Origin: Hydrolagus colliei
Taxonomy: Eukaryota
DNA: 64,000 bases
NCBI GenBank assembly: GCA_035084275.1
Contig: CM068757.1
Coordinates: forward strand, 6,510,001 to 6,574,000
Direction of reading: 5' to 3'
A program made the translations under genes and the position numbers. Below the pieces are notes generated by a model. It was given only the letters and a program-made list of their open reading frames with translations, ran no database searches and was not told the origin of the DNA. Below, piece after piece: positions 51,060-63,428 of the stretch (the first letter of the stretch is position 1; each line of letters opens with the position of its first letter).

Positions 51060-53754
51060 TCGGGGATTGTCCTCTGCACCACTTTTACCATCTTGATGTA
51101 AGGGTAGCTTTGGGTTTTTCTTCATCAAACTCTAACCCTAATAATCTTGATATGGAATTTCCCCTCTCTTTCGTTCCATCATTATGGTCAACATTACATT
51201 TGTAAAGTTTCACTGTTAAGCCATCCTCCTACCATATCTGCCCTCCACCCTCCCTCATACCAACAGCCTGCCCCCACCCTTCCCCAGAACAGATCCCCAC
51301 TGTCGACCCTCAAGTGTCTGATGCGAAAGGGCATTATATAAAGGTAAATTTATTTGGAGTTGTCTTTTATAATCTATTTATCATTTAGCCTCTCCTCCTA
51401 GTCAAGTAGACAATCTCCTTTTCTCATTGGATACTTGCTCATGTCCACCCTATAACCTACAAAAGCTGATTCTCTTACCCTTCAAAAGCACCCACCTATT
51501 GTTGTACAGTCTAAAGGAATCCATTCATGCACCTTCCAAATTTTCCATTGCCTTGGCAGTTCTAGCCACATTTTCACAATCCTCAAGATTGTTTTCAGGA
51601 TGCTCACCTCACCATTGAATTTCTTGCCTAAGATAGTATCCCCCAAAAAATTGGGGTAATCTGTATAAAAATTTAAAATAAATAATTGAAACTATCTAAA
51701 CACATTTATTTGGGGGACTTTTGGTGCAAAATGAGAGAGAAAAATAACTCTATCCTATTGGCTAAGGTTGAATTTGAACTAGGATCAGGATGTCAAAGGT
51801 CAGTATACTAATTCACTGCCTCACCGACCCTTGGGGTCTTTACTTATTTGATTTACGAGCACCACACCATAGGTTGACATTCCACCTAGTTTTAATTTGG
51901 AAGCCAATTCCTTTAAAGAGCTGCACAAAACTGGCTTCTAAATTAAAGCTGAGTTGAAGAATTTTGCTTTGATCAGTGTACACTGTGAGAATATCTCCAT
52001 TTAATTAACCACATTCGTAAATTCTGAATGAGTAAGATGCATCCTGTGATATCAATTTCAGTTCTGTGAAACCACAAATACTGCATTTCATTTATTATTT
52101 GGGGGTTTTGAGTGGAAATGCGAAGACCCGGCACATGATCATTCAAAAGCTTAATTGTTCATGCTATCGCATAGCAGCTACTAAAAGGAAGCCAGACGGA
52201 AATATAAAGCAACTTCTGTTCGCAAAAGACAGTTAAAATGAGTTTTTCAGTGATGTGCTCCCATGACCTCAGTCGACATGACCAAAAAGCAGACTGGAAA
52301 AAAGATAGATAATAGAATGCTGGATGACTGAGCTGGATATGGAACTAAAAATCTTTTGTCAATAATGCGCATGAACTCTGCACCGAATATCTAATTTAAA
52401 GTGTTTTCATTTAACAACGGAAGGCATCTCTCTGAGAACATCCATAACTTCAAGGAGAAAACATTTTGAGTTAATTGCCTAATCTGGAGGGGTCTGACAT
52501 CTTCAGGTAAATTTAATGAACCCCCCGCCCCCCCCAAAAAAAACATGGTACAGTATTCCTATTCATTCCACAGTTGCAAATGAGTATGGCCACTACCAAC
52601 CCATCCTCAAGTGCACGATGGTGATTTCCATAAATAAATAACCTGGTGGTTAAACATCACTCAACAATGTCATAAACTGATTCCAGTTTTGCAGAGCAGA
52701 ACTGAATCGTTCAATTGTCCAGTGGACAAGGCTCCCATCAAGTGCACTTCCTACTGGCGTGCGCTTGGTAGAACAAGGCTATGCTTTTAGGTTCTGAGTG
52801 TGAAAAATAAATACCCCCAAACTATCATCAGCAGAAATTTGACAGAAATGGCTAAAGCACATTCAGAGCAACTCTCACAACCTTACCTTTCCTTTGCTTT
52901 TGGACACAATTTATAACCTCTTTATTACGGACAATAAACGTGAATTACACCCTCACGAAAATGGAAGGATGGCCTCAAATCTGGAATTACATCAGACTTC
53001 AGTCACTTTCTGTTGAGGGATTGGGGGATTTGTTTTAAAGACCGAGTGATACTTTGTGAAGACAGAAACTTGGACCACAATCAATTTCTCATTTTGCTAT
53101 TGAAGTACAAAACACTGCTCGAAGCTCCAATTCTAGCTTCTGATTTAAAAGCCCAGTTTGCTCATTCTTAATGACAGCAAGCGATGCCAAAAAAAAATGA
53201 CAGGCCTCTTTTCCTGGACCGTCAGGCTTTTGAGAGAGAGTAACTGCTGTGCTGGGCAGTACTGCAGGCTGCAGCTGCCCATACTGAGGTCTGTACTCAA
53301 AGTGGCAGAGTAACCTCCAGGAGGTGTCTCCGCAGTAACATGCTTTATATCTGTCACAGCTCAAACCTTTACATCATTCCTTCTGCTTTTTAGGGGAGGA
53401 ATTAACCTCAACTCGTAGTTAATAAATTTGTTGTGACAGACTTCACCATCACACCACTCGCTGCCTGTGTACCAATCTACTGAAGGGTCAATTTACCAAG
53501 CGATGTACTGTACAGGGTGTTCACAAAGTCCCAGCCCATTGCAGATGAGTCGATTGAAACAAAGCCTGATGCCAGAAACCTCATTGTCAGTCCAGCCATG
53601 TTACGGAGGATGTCACACCAAACATGGCGACAGATCATTATTTGCGATGAAAATGATGGCGCTCACATCAATCCTCTAGAAGCCTACATACAGTTAGGCA
53701 CTTGTACTGAATACAATTAAGAACAGAACTTCTAAATGCAATTATAATCAATCT

Positions 53755-53918
53755 TCCACATGTTTCAGCTGTTTTATTATTGTTTTTTTGTTTGGACGGA
53801 TTATTATTAGGTGTGTGGAATAAAGAAACTTGCCCAAGGTTTCACCCTGACCTGCCAGGATTCGAACACCAGTCTCACGCTTGTAAGGCGAATGCTTTAA
53901 CCACTGAGCTACAGGACT
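53755..53918 (-). mobile_element. SINE 5' half (tRNA-derived head with A/B boxes)
   Basis: Minus strand agtcctgtagctcagtggttaaagcattcgccttacaagcgtgagactggtgttcgaatcctggcaggtcagggtgaaaccttgggcaag is collinear with the copy at 5545. Confidence 0.88.
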
Positions 53919-54122
53919 TTGTGAACACCCTGTAGGCCTCTTTCTTCTAAGAACAATACAAATTATTTGTATATCACCTTTCATATTGGGAGAACAATTC
54001 CCTTCATGTCACCCTGCACTTCTATATCACTAGTTAATTTAACTCGAGCAACAGACTATGAATTGTTTTTTAAACATTATATAATTGAATAAAGTCTGTA
54101 AAAACCTTCTTGTGCTCTAGAT

Positions 54123-54427
54123 CAGTGGTTCTCAACCATTTTCAGTGATGTACCCCTTGTTAATTTTCAACATTATCGTGTACCCCCACTCACCCACATA
54201 CACACACAGACCACCCACCTCATTCCACTTGCATTTTATGACCAAGCTTTGCTTATATGACAATATAACTAGCTCATACAAAATAAGGGGAATAACAATT
54301 AAGTATACAGTACAATTTGGAAGGCTATAAAACACTAAATAAGAGAGCTAAATAAATCAATGTACTGCCACCTGTACACCCTGGAAGTAATTTTACATGT
54401 ACATGTACCCCTGGTTGAGAACCGCTG
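54123..54427. mobile_element. Non-autonomous hAT (Charlie/MER5-like) DNA transposon, 305 bp
   Basis: Terminal inverted repeats CAGTGGTTCTCAACC / GGTTGAGAACCGCTG (14/15). Perfect 8-bp TSD CTCTAGAT at 54115-54122 and 54428-54435. Confidence 0.93.
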
Positions 54428-57368
54428 CTCTAGATTACATGTTACTAATCAAGTAATAGTCCGTAAAGTTGCTATAAAATAAATAATTCAAGCAATTATC
54501 GGTTACAGTTTGCGAATAAAGAATCTCTCTTTAACTTCCCCACAATCATGGTGTGGGGAAGTGTGTGTCCATGCAAACTTTCCAAAACAAGAAGACTACA
54601 TAAAAAAATTCCTCTTGAAGGCATGCTTCATCTCTCGTTTGATGTTTGGTTGAAAGATGTATTGTGTGGAAGCCAATAGCAGCACCTCACTCAGAAGCAT
54701 TTCGCATTTATCTTGCTGAACCTAGAGGCACATCTCAACCACGACGATTGGCTTCTGTAGGTAGACTTTAAGAAGAGTATCAAATATCTACAATTCACTG
54801 ATCACAGCCTTGTTGGAAAGATCAAGGAACTTTGAGGTCAAATTTCTGCACATTCCCAGAACAGGGTATATAAAAAAAATGTTTCAGAGGATAATAATTA
54901 TCCTTCAATGCTAACTAATCTTTCACTGGGTCTTATGCCATATAATAGCATACCTTATTAAGTAAGAATAGATTAATGTAATGTCATTTTTTCATCTCGT
55001 CTTAACTTCAATAGCTGCATTGGACTAGATTACTGGAACATTTTGATACAGTCATTTAAGAGGATTAAAAGTTATAGTTTAGAATAATTGTTCTATATGG
55101 CAGGAATATGTAAGAATGAAAGATAGCATCAGGATGATTGCTATACAGCTCCTTACATTCCCTCTACTTCACTATGGAAACACAAAGGTGTAACAATGCC
55201 CTGAAAGTAGGATTTCACCGATCTCACAGACCAAAATCCTCTATCTTAGCAGGCATGGACAAATCACTTCAGTGTCACAAGCTTTGCCTTGAGGTTCCTG
55301 GTCACATAAGTACTTGAACAATATAACATGTATTCCAACATTGTTGCAGGTAAATTCTGCTATTGTGTAAGAAACTAGAAAATATTAAAGGTAAGACATT
55401 TGAGTTTGGCCTCGCAACGATTTCAATACTTCTTGTTTTTTTTAAAAAAAAGATCTTTGTAGGTTCATGGAAGTACAGAATTTCTTGACAGAATGAGATT
55501 TAATTATAAATTAGGTAATTAAAGGTTAAACAAAATACGGCCTTCTTGTTGACATAGCACATGTTATTGAGTTGCATATTTACAAACGCAGCTGGAAAAC
55601 ACTGCTGATATATTTCCCAATAGAGCCGATGCTTCCTTAAAACCCAGTGTAGCAATCTGAAATATCTGCAGAGATCCACTTGGACATTAGATCTGTAAGC
55701 TTTCAAAGGCAATTATATTGACAACTGGGAAACAAAGCCACACAAGTGAAGAAACTGAAGACTACACATCACAACACCGAAAAGAATACAAAATTAACTT
55801 TACCATAAGAGCTTAAAGTTTGAGGTGCATGGTGACCTCAGAGACTCTGATACCTTCAGAGATACCTTCCCTTCTGGCGCATCAACATCAAGGCAAGAGG
55901 TGTTCGTGTGAGGGAATTAAACATTCTCTGCTTTGAACATCAAGGGTCCACATTGAGCACTCCCATGCCAGGAGCATTGGAACTCAGGTGCAGTGAAAGC
56001 ACTGTAAATCTTCTTCTGCTCAGTTTGTCCATGAAATGCATTCTCTTCTCTCTTCAAACTCATGTACTCCTTCCTATATGAGTGAAAGTTGGTAAGATGG
56101 CCTTGGGCCCATCCTATGCAGTCAATGCTACTCGACTGTTTATCCAAACTGGCTCCACAAAAAACTTCTTTAATATCAGTAGAAAGTTGATTTGGGGGGA
56201 TCCATCCCTGAATCATCAACTATATTAGTCAGTGACTCATGCAGCAGCAGAAACACAAAGCCATTATCTTAGCAGTATGAAGGGGAAGTGCGATCCACTT
56301 CACCATTAGGAGTTATTTCCTTCACATTGGGTCTCATTTCATCTCCAGCACCAATATCCTCAATGGCAATGCTCAGAAGCGTTGCCTCAGCAGTTCAGAA
56401 ATAGACTCTTCAGCAATAATGGAATGCCAAGCTCAACGGGTTTTGGTGATACACAAATGCATAAATAATGTGTCTCATTATATGATTTTCAATTAGTTGT
56501 TTAATAATGTGACAGAACACAGGATACTTTAATTATGCATTTCACGGACATGCTTCAAAGGAACTGCTTTAATTCTAAAATAATTAGCTGAGTATAGACC
56601 CACTTGGAGATAAGTTGAATGTTGTAATTTTACTCGATAATGAGGTGTGTGCTTTGAAGAGCTTCCCTTAAACATCACATAATTTATTTAAAACCTAGTA
56701 AAGTCTCGGCAAGAATATGTACTTCAAAATAAGTGTGCAGCAGATGTCAATGTTTGGAGCACTATTAAAGAAAGTTATTATTGTATGAACGAGTCGTAGT
56801 CTTGAAATCTTAATGACGTTTTTATATTTCTCATAAGCTTTGTTAGTAATTGTTTCAATCTATTAATGTCGTCTATATCTCAGCTGCCAGCTGTGGCATC
56901 CAACAGTATTCTCTCCATAGAATGAGCTCTGATGTTCTATGTGAGGCTTTGACCTTGTGTGTATGATTCCCCAAATACGGCAGCTCCACCAGAAACAAAC
57001 GCAGCTTCCCCACGGGGAGGGGGGGCAAATGAAAGGGGGATGTCATCTGGGCCTCTCTTAAACAACTACTCCCAGCTATCACTTACAAAGCAGCCACAAG
57101 AAGGAGCGCCCAAGAGAGTTACCTGCCCACCTCCTTAGGTGAAGTATGATAGACGGTGCCTCGAAAGTGGGAGGAAATACAAACAGTTTTAAAATTAATT
57201 TAAAAATTCCCTGGGTAAGGACAAAGTAGCAGTTTAGTACATTGGGCTAGCAGTAAATGGTGTGGTGGGGCACGGGCTCAAATTCGTTCATGCGGCTCAA
57301 TTTCCGAACTCACTCCAAACCGTGGCAAAGCGCCAGGTGCTTTCCCATCGAAGGGGTATAAACTCAGT

Positions 57369-57385
57369 GGGGGGGGGGGGGGGGG
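57369..57385 (+). repeat. G17 homopolymer
   Basis: Direct run of 17 G. Confidence 0.9.
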
Positions 57386-57489
57386 CATTAACCCTGTCCT
57401 AAATTCACGGCACAGCCAGTTCAAAAGGGACTCCACCAGAGATCTGAGAGCAGATTGCCAGTCTGTTCCTCAATCAAGGTTCATCACGC

Positions 57490-57640
57490 AGAAAGCATCA
57501 ATGCATTTAAAATGAAACATGGTAGATTTGTGAGGGAGAAGGGAATAGAGGGGGTATAGAAGAGGGGACAAAAAGGTGTGTGGTATAAATACCTACACAG
57601 CCCTGTTCAGCCGAATGGCCTATTTCAGTGCTGTACGCTT
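57490..57640 (+). mobile_element. Degraded CR1 LINE 3' end
   Basis: catcaatgcatttaaaa..gagggagaagggaatagagggg..gccgaatggcctatttcagtgctgta resembles chondrichthyan CR1 3' UTRs. Confidence 0.6.
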
Positions 57641-58519
57641 ATTACCAAAGTCATTGGTAAGATCACTGCATTCGCATGATTAGCACAACTCGCAAATTGG
57701 ACCCCAAGGTATTTTAATCTGGAGTCCGTAAGTTGCAACATTATCAACCGCAGGAAAAAGAAACATGTGTGGAATGTGTGAGCTATTTCCTCAATCTTGT
57801 GTAATTTTCTTTAAAAAGAAAAAGGACTAACATACTTGAAGTTTAGATATGAGAATAGCGCAGCTTAGGTTGCCTCCGAGGCTTCCTCAGCTGAGAGCTA
57901 CCAGCGTGCAGTTTGAGCAGTGCAGCTTTACAAATTGCTGCAGGGAGTGAATCAGCATTACACGATTTTTATGAGCCACTTTGAGGAGAAAGCTAAATTC
58001 AATCCTTCAGAAGTGGGGTTTCAGGAAGTATTGCATTGCTTCTCAGCTGAGAGCAATTAGCTCGTAGGCTCTTCTTTAATTCGGAGCCCTGAGGTCGACA
58101 CGTTATGGGAAAAAAAATCATGGGCACTTTCACTGCCAGTCTCATGAATGTAAATACCAATCAGCTGGCCTGAAAATGGCTGTCAGAATTATTATGAATC
58201 ATTATGGAGGCTTGGGACTGCATTATTAAGGCACAGGCAAACAACTGTTTTAGGCATGTGGTTCACCCAAATAACCTAATACTGTAGAGCTCACCCTGAA
58301 CATGTCACCCTCCCTTTAAAACATTCCCCCGCAACAGTTTGGATGAAAAGGGCCCTTTGGCCCATTTGATCACTTTCTTCCACACATCCGAGATATACTG
58401 CCACACTCCACTTCGTCTCCTTTACCTCTTACATTCTAGAGGCATTCCGCTGAGAGCAATAGCCGTACATTCCAGTTCAGTGCCTCCCAGTTGCTTTTTT
58501 TTTGTGGTGCCTTATGTCT

Positions 58520-58830
58520 CAACAAGTTAAACACTTCACAGATAACATCTGTAGAGTGCACTGAGAAGCCAGCAGCCATTTGCATCAATAACTTTTTCAC
58601 AAACAGCCACAAGGTGAATGAGAAATGAATCTGTCAAGATCGTGGCCAACATACGAGGAAAATATCCACCTGGACAGAAAAACAGGAACTCAGTTTAACA
58701 TCTTACTCAAAGGAAATTCAGCACACTCCGAGCACTGCTCTGGAGCTTCAAGCTTGGATTATGAGTTCAAGAACAACTAAAGGCTTGAACACATTCCTCT
58801 GACCCAAAGATGGGGGTGCTACCAAATGAG
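58520..58830 (-). mobile_element. Degraded Deu-type SINE
   Basis: cacaaacagcc..tggccaaca..tccacctggacag..ctcagtttaacatcttactcaaagga..cctctgacccaaagatgggggtgctaccaaatgagcc. Confidence 0.6.
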
Positions 58831-59044
58831 CCAAAATAACCCCCAGTGTTGCAAATGGTTTGGGCACCAACCTACAGCTTGTGTAGGATACAGTGAGTAT
58901 AAGTACAGATGGAGATCGTCACAGAACACAATCAACACACAGCCTCTTTGGGGGCAGGGGGTGAATGCTCACTGTGGAAAGGTATCCATTATTTGTATGA
59001 TGAAGAGGGATAAATATTCATCTGGCTTTTGTTTACAGTAATAA

Positions 59045-59135
59045 CAAGCACCTTATCACGCCTTTGAGATGTCTCACAGCGCTTCACAGAATATGTTGTA
59101 ATGTGAATTGACTGCGCACTTTTTGTCGAGAAAAC
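59045..59135 (-). mobile_element. SINE 3' tail fragment
   Basis: gcaccttatcacgcctttgagatgtctcacagcgcttcacagaatatg..gtgaattgactg. Confidence 0.8.
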
Positions 59136-60018
59136 CAGTGAACCCTAAGGCAATTCTGTTTGAAGCTCAGTGAGTGCCAATATTGAACCTTTCACCAGGG
59201 GTAAAGTGAGTAGGGAGCAGTTCATGAGAGCGTAGATTTGCGCAGTCTGAGGAAGATGTGGGTTTGATAAACTGAATCACCTTATCTTAATCCATGCTTA
59301 TTTATGTTCTCATAAAATCCTGATGCGCCAGAAGAAAAAATTAGATGAATTGGTCCCACTTGGTGTCACGTGAAAGGGAAACATCAACTACAGTACTCTG
59401 TTAGGTTTCCATCTGAAATATCTCAACTTAAATTAAGGATGCACCTCGCCAGGTTTGAGATCTTTCTATTCCAGCCATTGCAACCGTTGCATAATGGAGG
59501 TGGATCCAATCATAAAAGTACCATCTCCTATCCTGTCATCCTGCTTTAAACAGTGAATGTGGATAATATGATTAGGCAATGAGCCCAGAGAGTCTTTAAC
59601 CCCCTAACAGAACGTGATATCTGGAGTGACACCGGGAGCTGAAATGTTACATTGGTTGAAACACTGTGGGGTTAATCATGGTTTTTCTTGTCATGTATAC
59701 TCCAGCTCACTGTCAGGCCCAGTTACGCCTCCAAGCCAAGCTCCTCTCCATATCATTAGTGTGTAGGATTTCAACAAATAAAATTCCACCAAAAACACGA
59801 AACAAGATCTAAAACTGTGACCCTGAAAACCTATAAGTGGATCCCCAATATTACAAAATGGCTATGATTATTTCGAGGCCATTTAAACAAAAACATTATT
59901 TTATGAACAAAAATTAAATGTCAAGAGTTTTCTTCCTAAGGATATATATTCCTGTGCCGTTGTCATAATTTTTTTCCCCATGAAATAAATTCTGTTTCAC
60001 TTTAGTGAGAACTGCACG

Positions 60019-60032
60019 GTTGTCATGGTGAC
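60019..60032. promoter_or_regulatory. RFX X-box-like motif
   Basis: GTTGTCATGGTGAC, with a half-site gttgtcat about 60 bp upstream. Motif match only. Confidence 0.3.
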
Positions 60033-60380
60033 CAAAGTTATATTTTTGACGACTGCCGGAGAGTGAAACTGCAATCCGAAATCACAGTGAACATTTTTGC
60101 CTTTCATCAGCACTGACTGGATCCATCCTTCACTTGTCGGGAACAAAATAATTTGTAAACCTCTTCGAATCCCTGTTGTGTTTCAATCAAAGAAAAATCA
60201 GAAAAGGCATTGCAACAAAAAATAGGATGTTTTGAAATACCTCTGCCTCACATATGATTCTCTATTTTAAACTGCTTTATATACCAGCAACTGAGACTCT
60301 ACATTTTTCTAGGCCTGTTGTCAGCTGGACTGCAACGTTATTAAACTCACAAAACAATATCTTTAAAAGCTTAAAGAAAC

Positions 60381-61126
60381 AAATTATTTTCTAGACGGGG
60401 AGAGGTTAGATTGTGTTAGTGTTCAAAGGGATTTGGGTGTCCTTGTACACCAGTCTCAAAAAGTTAGTTTGCAGGTGCAGCAAGCAACTAAGAAGGCAAA
60501 CGGCATGCTAGCTTTCATTGCAAAAGGTTTAGAGTACATGAGTAGGGAAGTCTTGCTGCAACTGTATATGGCCTTTGTGAGAACGCACCTAGAATATTGT
60601 GTTCAGTTTTGGTCTCCTTATTTAATAAAGGACATACTTGCCTTAGAGGGGGTGCAGCGTAGATTCACTAGGTTAGTTCCTGGAATGAGGGGATTGACCT
60701 ATGAGGATAGGTTGAATAAACTAGGGCTGTATTCTCTGGAATACAGAAGAATTAGGGGAAACATATAAGATTCTTAAAGGGCTGGATAAAGTAGACAGTG
60801 GGAGACTGTTTCCCCTGGTAGGAGAATCTATAACCAAGGGTCATAATCTTAAAATTAAGGGTCAGCCTTTTAGAACAGAGTTGAGGAAACATTTCTTCAC
60901 TCGGAGGGTAGTGAATTCACAACCCCAGAAGGCTGTAGATGCTCAGACCTTGAACATTTTCAAGGCTGAGGCTGATAGATTTTTTTTTAAAATAGAGGGA
61001 TTAGGGGATATGGGGATAGGGCAAGTAATTAGAGTTAGGTCAGAAGATCAGCCATGATCTTATCAAATGGCGGGGCAGGCTCAAGGGGCCGAATAGCCTA
61101 CTCCTGCTCCTAATTCTTATGTTCTT
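60381..61126 (+). mobile_element. CR1-clade LINE, 5'-truncated (ORF2 C-terminus plus 3' UTR)
   Basis: DLGVLVHQSQKVSLQVQQATKKANGMLAFI..LY.AFVRTHLEYCVQFWSPY..KDILALEGVQRRFTRLVPGMRGLTYEDRL..LGLYSLE is the classic CR1 ORF2 end. It has a frameshift near 60760 and the 3' tail tcagccatgatctt..ggccgaatagcctactcctgctcctaattcttatgttctt. Confidence 0.95.
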
Positions 61127-62207
61127 GTAGCACTTTCTCAAAAACATGTATGCAATTCAATTTATTCCCAGGATTTTAAGGATCTGGATCATGCCTCCTG
61201 ATGTATTTTAGTCTCTGTTAGAATAAATCAGTTCGTTCCTCAGAGTATTTTGTATTGTAATACTGGAACACAGCATCATCTGTACAACTCCTTCACCTAC
61301 ATCACTTTACCTCTAGTGTGTTGAGGGTTCCACCTGGATAGAGGAGGGAACCCAAAAATCCTGACGTGCTTTTAAATGTCTGGCAGCAGGGTTGAGACAT
61401 TTGATTTCTGCTAGCAATCTATTTTCCTATCTTTTGTACACAGGCTCTATCAGCCTGAGTAAGCTGTAAGCTGCAACATTTAGGAAAGATTAGACAGCGG
61501 ATTCCGTGCTGACTCTGCGGATAAACATGCGTCATGGCGCGACACTGAGCCAAGCACACCAGGATAGCTTCAAGTTTGAGCCCCAGTTGATGCTGTGTTA
61601 TCTGACCTCATATCTGGAGCAGCAATATAACTGGCCTCAAAATGCTGAATCTGGGATGAGGAGAAGGCAAATAAGCTAGGATTCCTGCCCCAGATTGAAT
61701 GGTCACTTGACAGAAATATGATAAGGTTCCCTCTATTCTGACGTAGATTCAGCACCTTCTAGAGGAGGGAAGACAATGTGACTGTCGAAAATGATATGAT
61801 ATAATGTATTTCACGTTGGGAGGATGTCTTAAGGTTCCTGACAGAGAAGAGCTTGAACTTGAACTGGGGGTGGGATTCGGGAAGAGTAGGGCTGAGGGTG
61901 GGGTGAGGGAAGATGACCAAAGGTGAGAATTTGAAACAAACACTACCTTTGGCAATGTTACAGCGATTAAAAATGAGACCATCCACAACAACTCTCCACT
62001 TTCAACAATCCTGCAAAGGCTAATCTCTGAATTCAGATTTTCATCTCCTTTGGGCCCCAAACTACACAAATTGCTTAAGGGATTAGTGCAAATCCCTTCA
62101 GCAGTCAGGTTTCTCACTTGCTTTTGCTCCATGCGGTAATGTACACCAACAAACCAGAAATATATGATTTGTAGTTTTTTTTAATATATATACTATATAT
62201 ATATATA

Positions 62208-62690
62208 CATAAAGGCCCGTTTTTCCGTGACTCGATCATCTGGAACTTCTGTATAACCGGTACGTCAAAAAAAAGTCCCCATCGATCAACCGGATGTTAT
62301 CCGGTACAATCGCAGTGGCGCATTTCATGAATTGATTGTCGCACGAGAGTACTGTACAGGTATTTCGGTTTGCCGCCAGTAGAGCCTTAAAGTCGCGCTG
62401 CCGTTTTTTTCCCTCGCGTGGCGTCCGCCATTGCAGAAGTTATCGATAGACTGTACACCTCTACCCCAGCATCATGGCTTCAAACCAGGCATTTACCAGC
62501 AAAGGCGATTTTTAGGTGAATGTTTAGGTGAATAACAAAGGTCTGTTATTATTTAGTCTATTATTAATATGGTATGTGTTAAAATAAGTTAAATGTTTTG
62601 GTGTTGGGTTTTTGGCGTCGGATCCGACCGAACATCCGGCATGCCATTTAACCAGCATTGGTCAGGTGCTGGATAAACTGGCTTTTACGG
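62208..62690 (+). mobile_element. Tigger/pogo-like (Tc1-mariner superfamily) non-autonomous DNA transposon, about 480 bp
   Basis: Flanked by TA on both sides. Imperfect terminal inverted repeats CATAAAGGCCCGTTTTTCCG and (reverse complement) CCGTAAAAGCCAGTTTATCCAG. CpG-rich interior. Confidence 0.7.
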
Positions 62691-62751
62691 TATAATATAG
62701 CTTTGTAAGAAATCTCAAATCAATTTTGCTATTTTTACCATAGAGACATAA

Positions 62752-62810
62752 ACAACAACAACAAAATTACATTTATAGAGCGTCTTTCCCGTCGGGAGGA
62801 CGTCCCGACA
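62752..62810 (-). mobile_element. L2-type tail fragment (a similar one lies at 63054..63110)
   Basis: (aac)n aaattacatttatagagcgtctttcccgtcgggaggacgtccc. Confidence 0.65.
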
Positions 62811-63397
62811 TGAAAGGCATAAAGTCTATGCACTTCTGACAAATATGCAACAGAATCTCTTGCACCACTACAAACTTTATACACTGGTCTCTGTTCTTCT
62901 GGAACTAGGAGAGCAATCTTATGCATCACTGATACTAAAGATCTCAACTTAGCATCCAAGCAGGGAAGCAAAGGGAAAAATTCAGAATACATTTTCTGTC
63001 GCCACCTACTGCGGGTTTGCCATTGTTTAGGAATGGGATGCTCTCTGCCCATGCAACAACAACAACAAATTACTTTTGGTAGCGCCTTTCACGTCAGGGA
63101 GACATCCCAAGTCCTGATACCTCCTCCATCACAGCCACTGGAAATGATGCTGCTGGGAGGAGTCAACAGGGGGTGCATATTTGCTGGATGGTACGTTCTT
63201 CTCTCATCATCGCCCCTTCCTTTCCCTCCTCCCCAAATCTATGATAGGATCAGAAATTGTGACCCATGGTAATTCTATTGGCTGTTGTTGAAGCCACCAA
63301 CTGGGTGCATCTATTTGAGCGTTACTTTCCTGCAACACTATGCTGCTCCCCTCCAACACTTCTCAACTTCATGGTCTGAAACCTTAGCCAACAAGCT

Positions 63398-63428
63398 AGA
63401 GAGGGAGAGAGAGAGATAGAGAGAGAGA
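63398..63428. repeat. (GA)n microsatellite
   Basis: agagagggagagagagagatagagagagaga read directly from the sequence. Confidence 0.85.

Noticed and set aside
57369-57385. G17 run as a functional G-quadruplex
   Set aside because: It could form a G4, but there is no supporting context and homopolymer length is assembly-sensitive.
60433-60768. 111-aa ORF as a host gene
   Set aside because: It is the C-terminus of CR1 ORF2, 5'-truncated and frameshifted.
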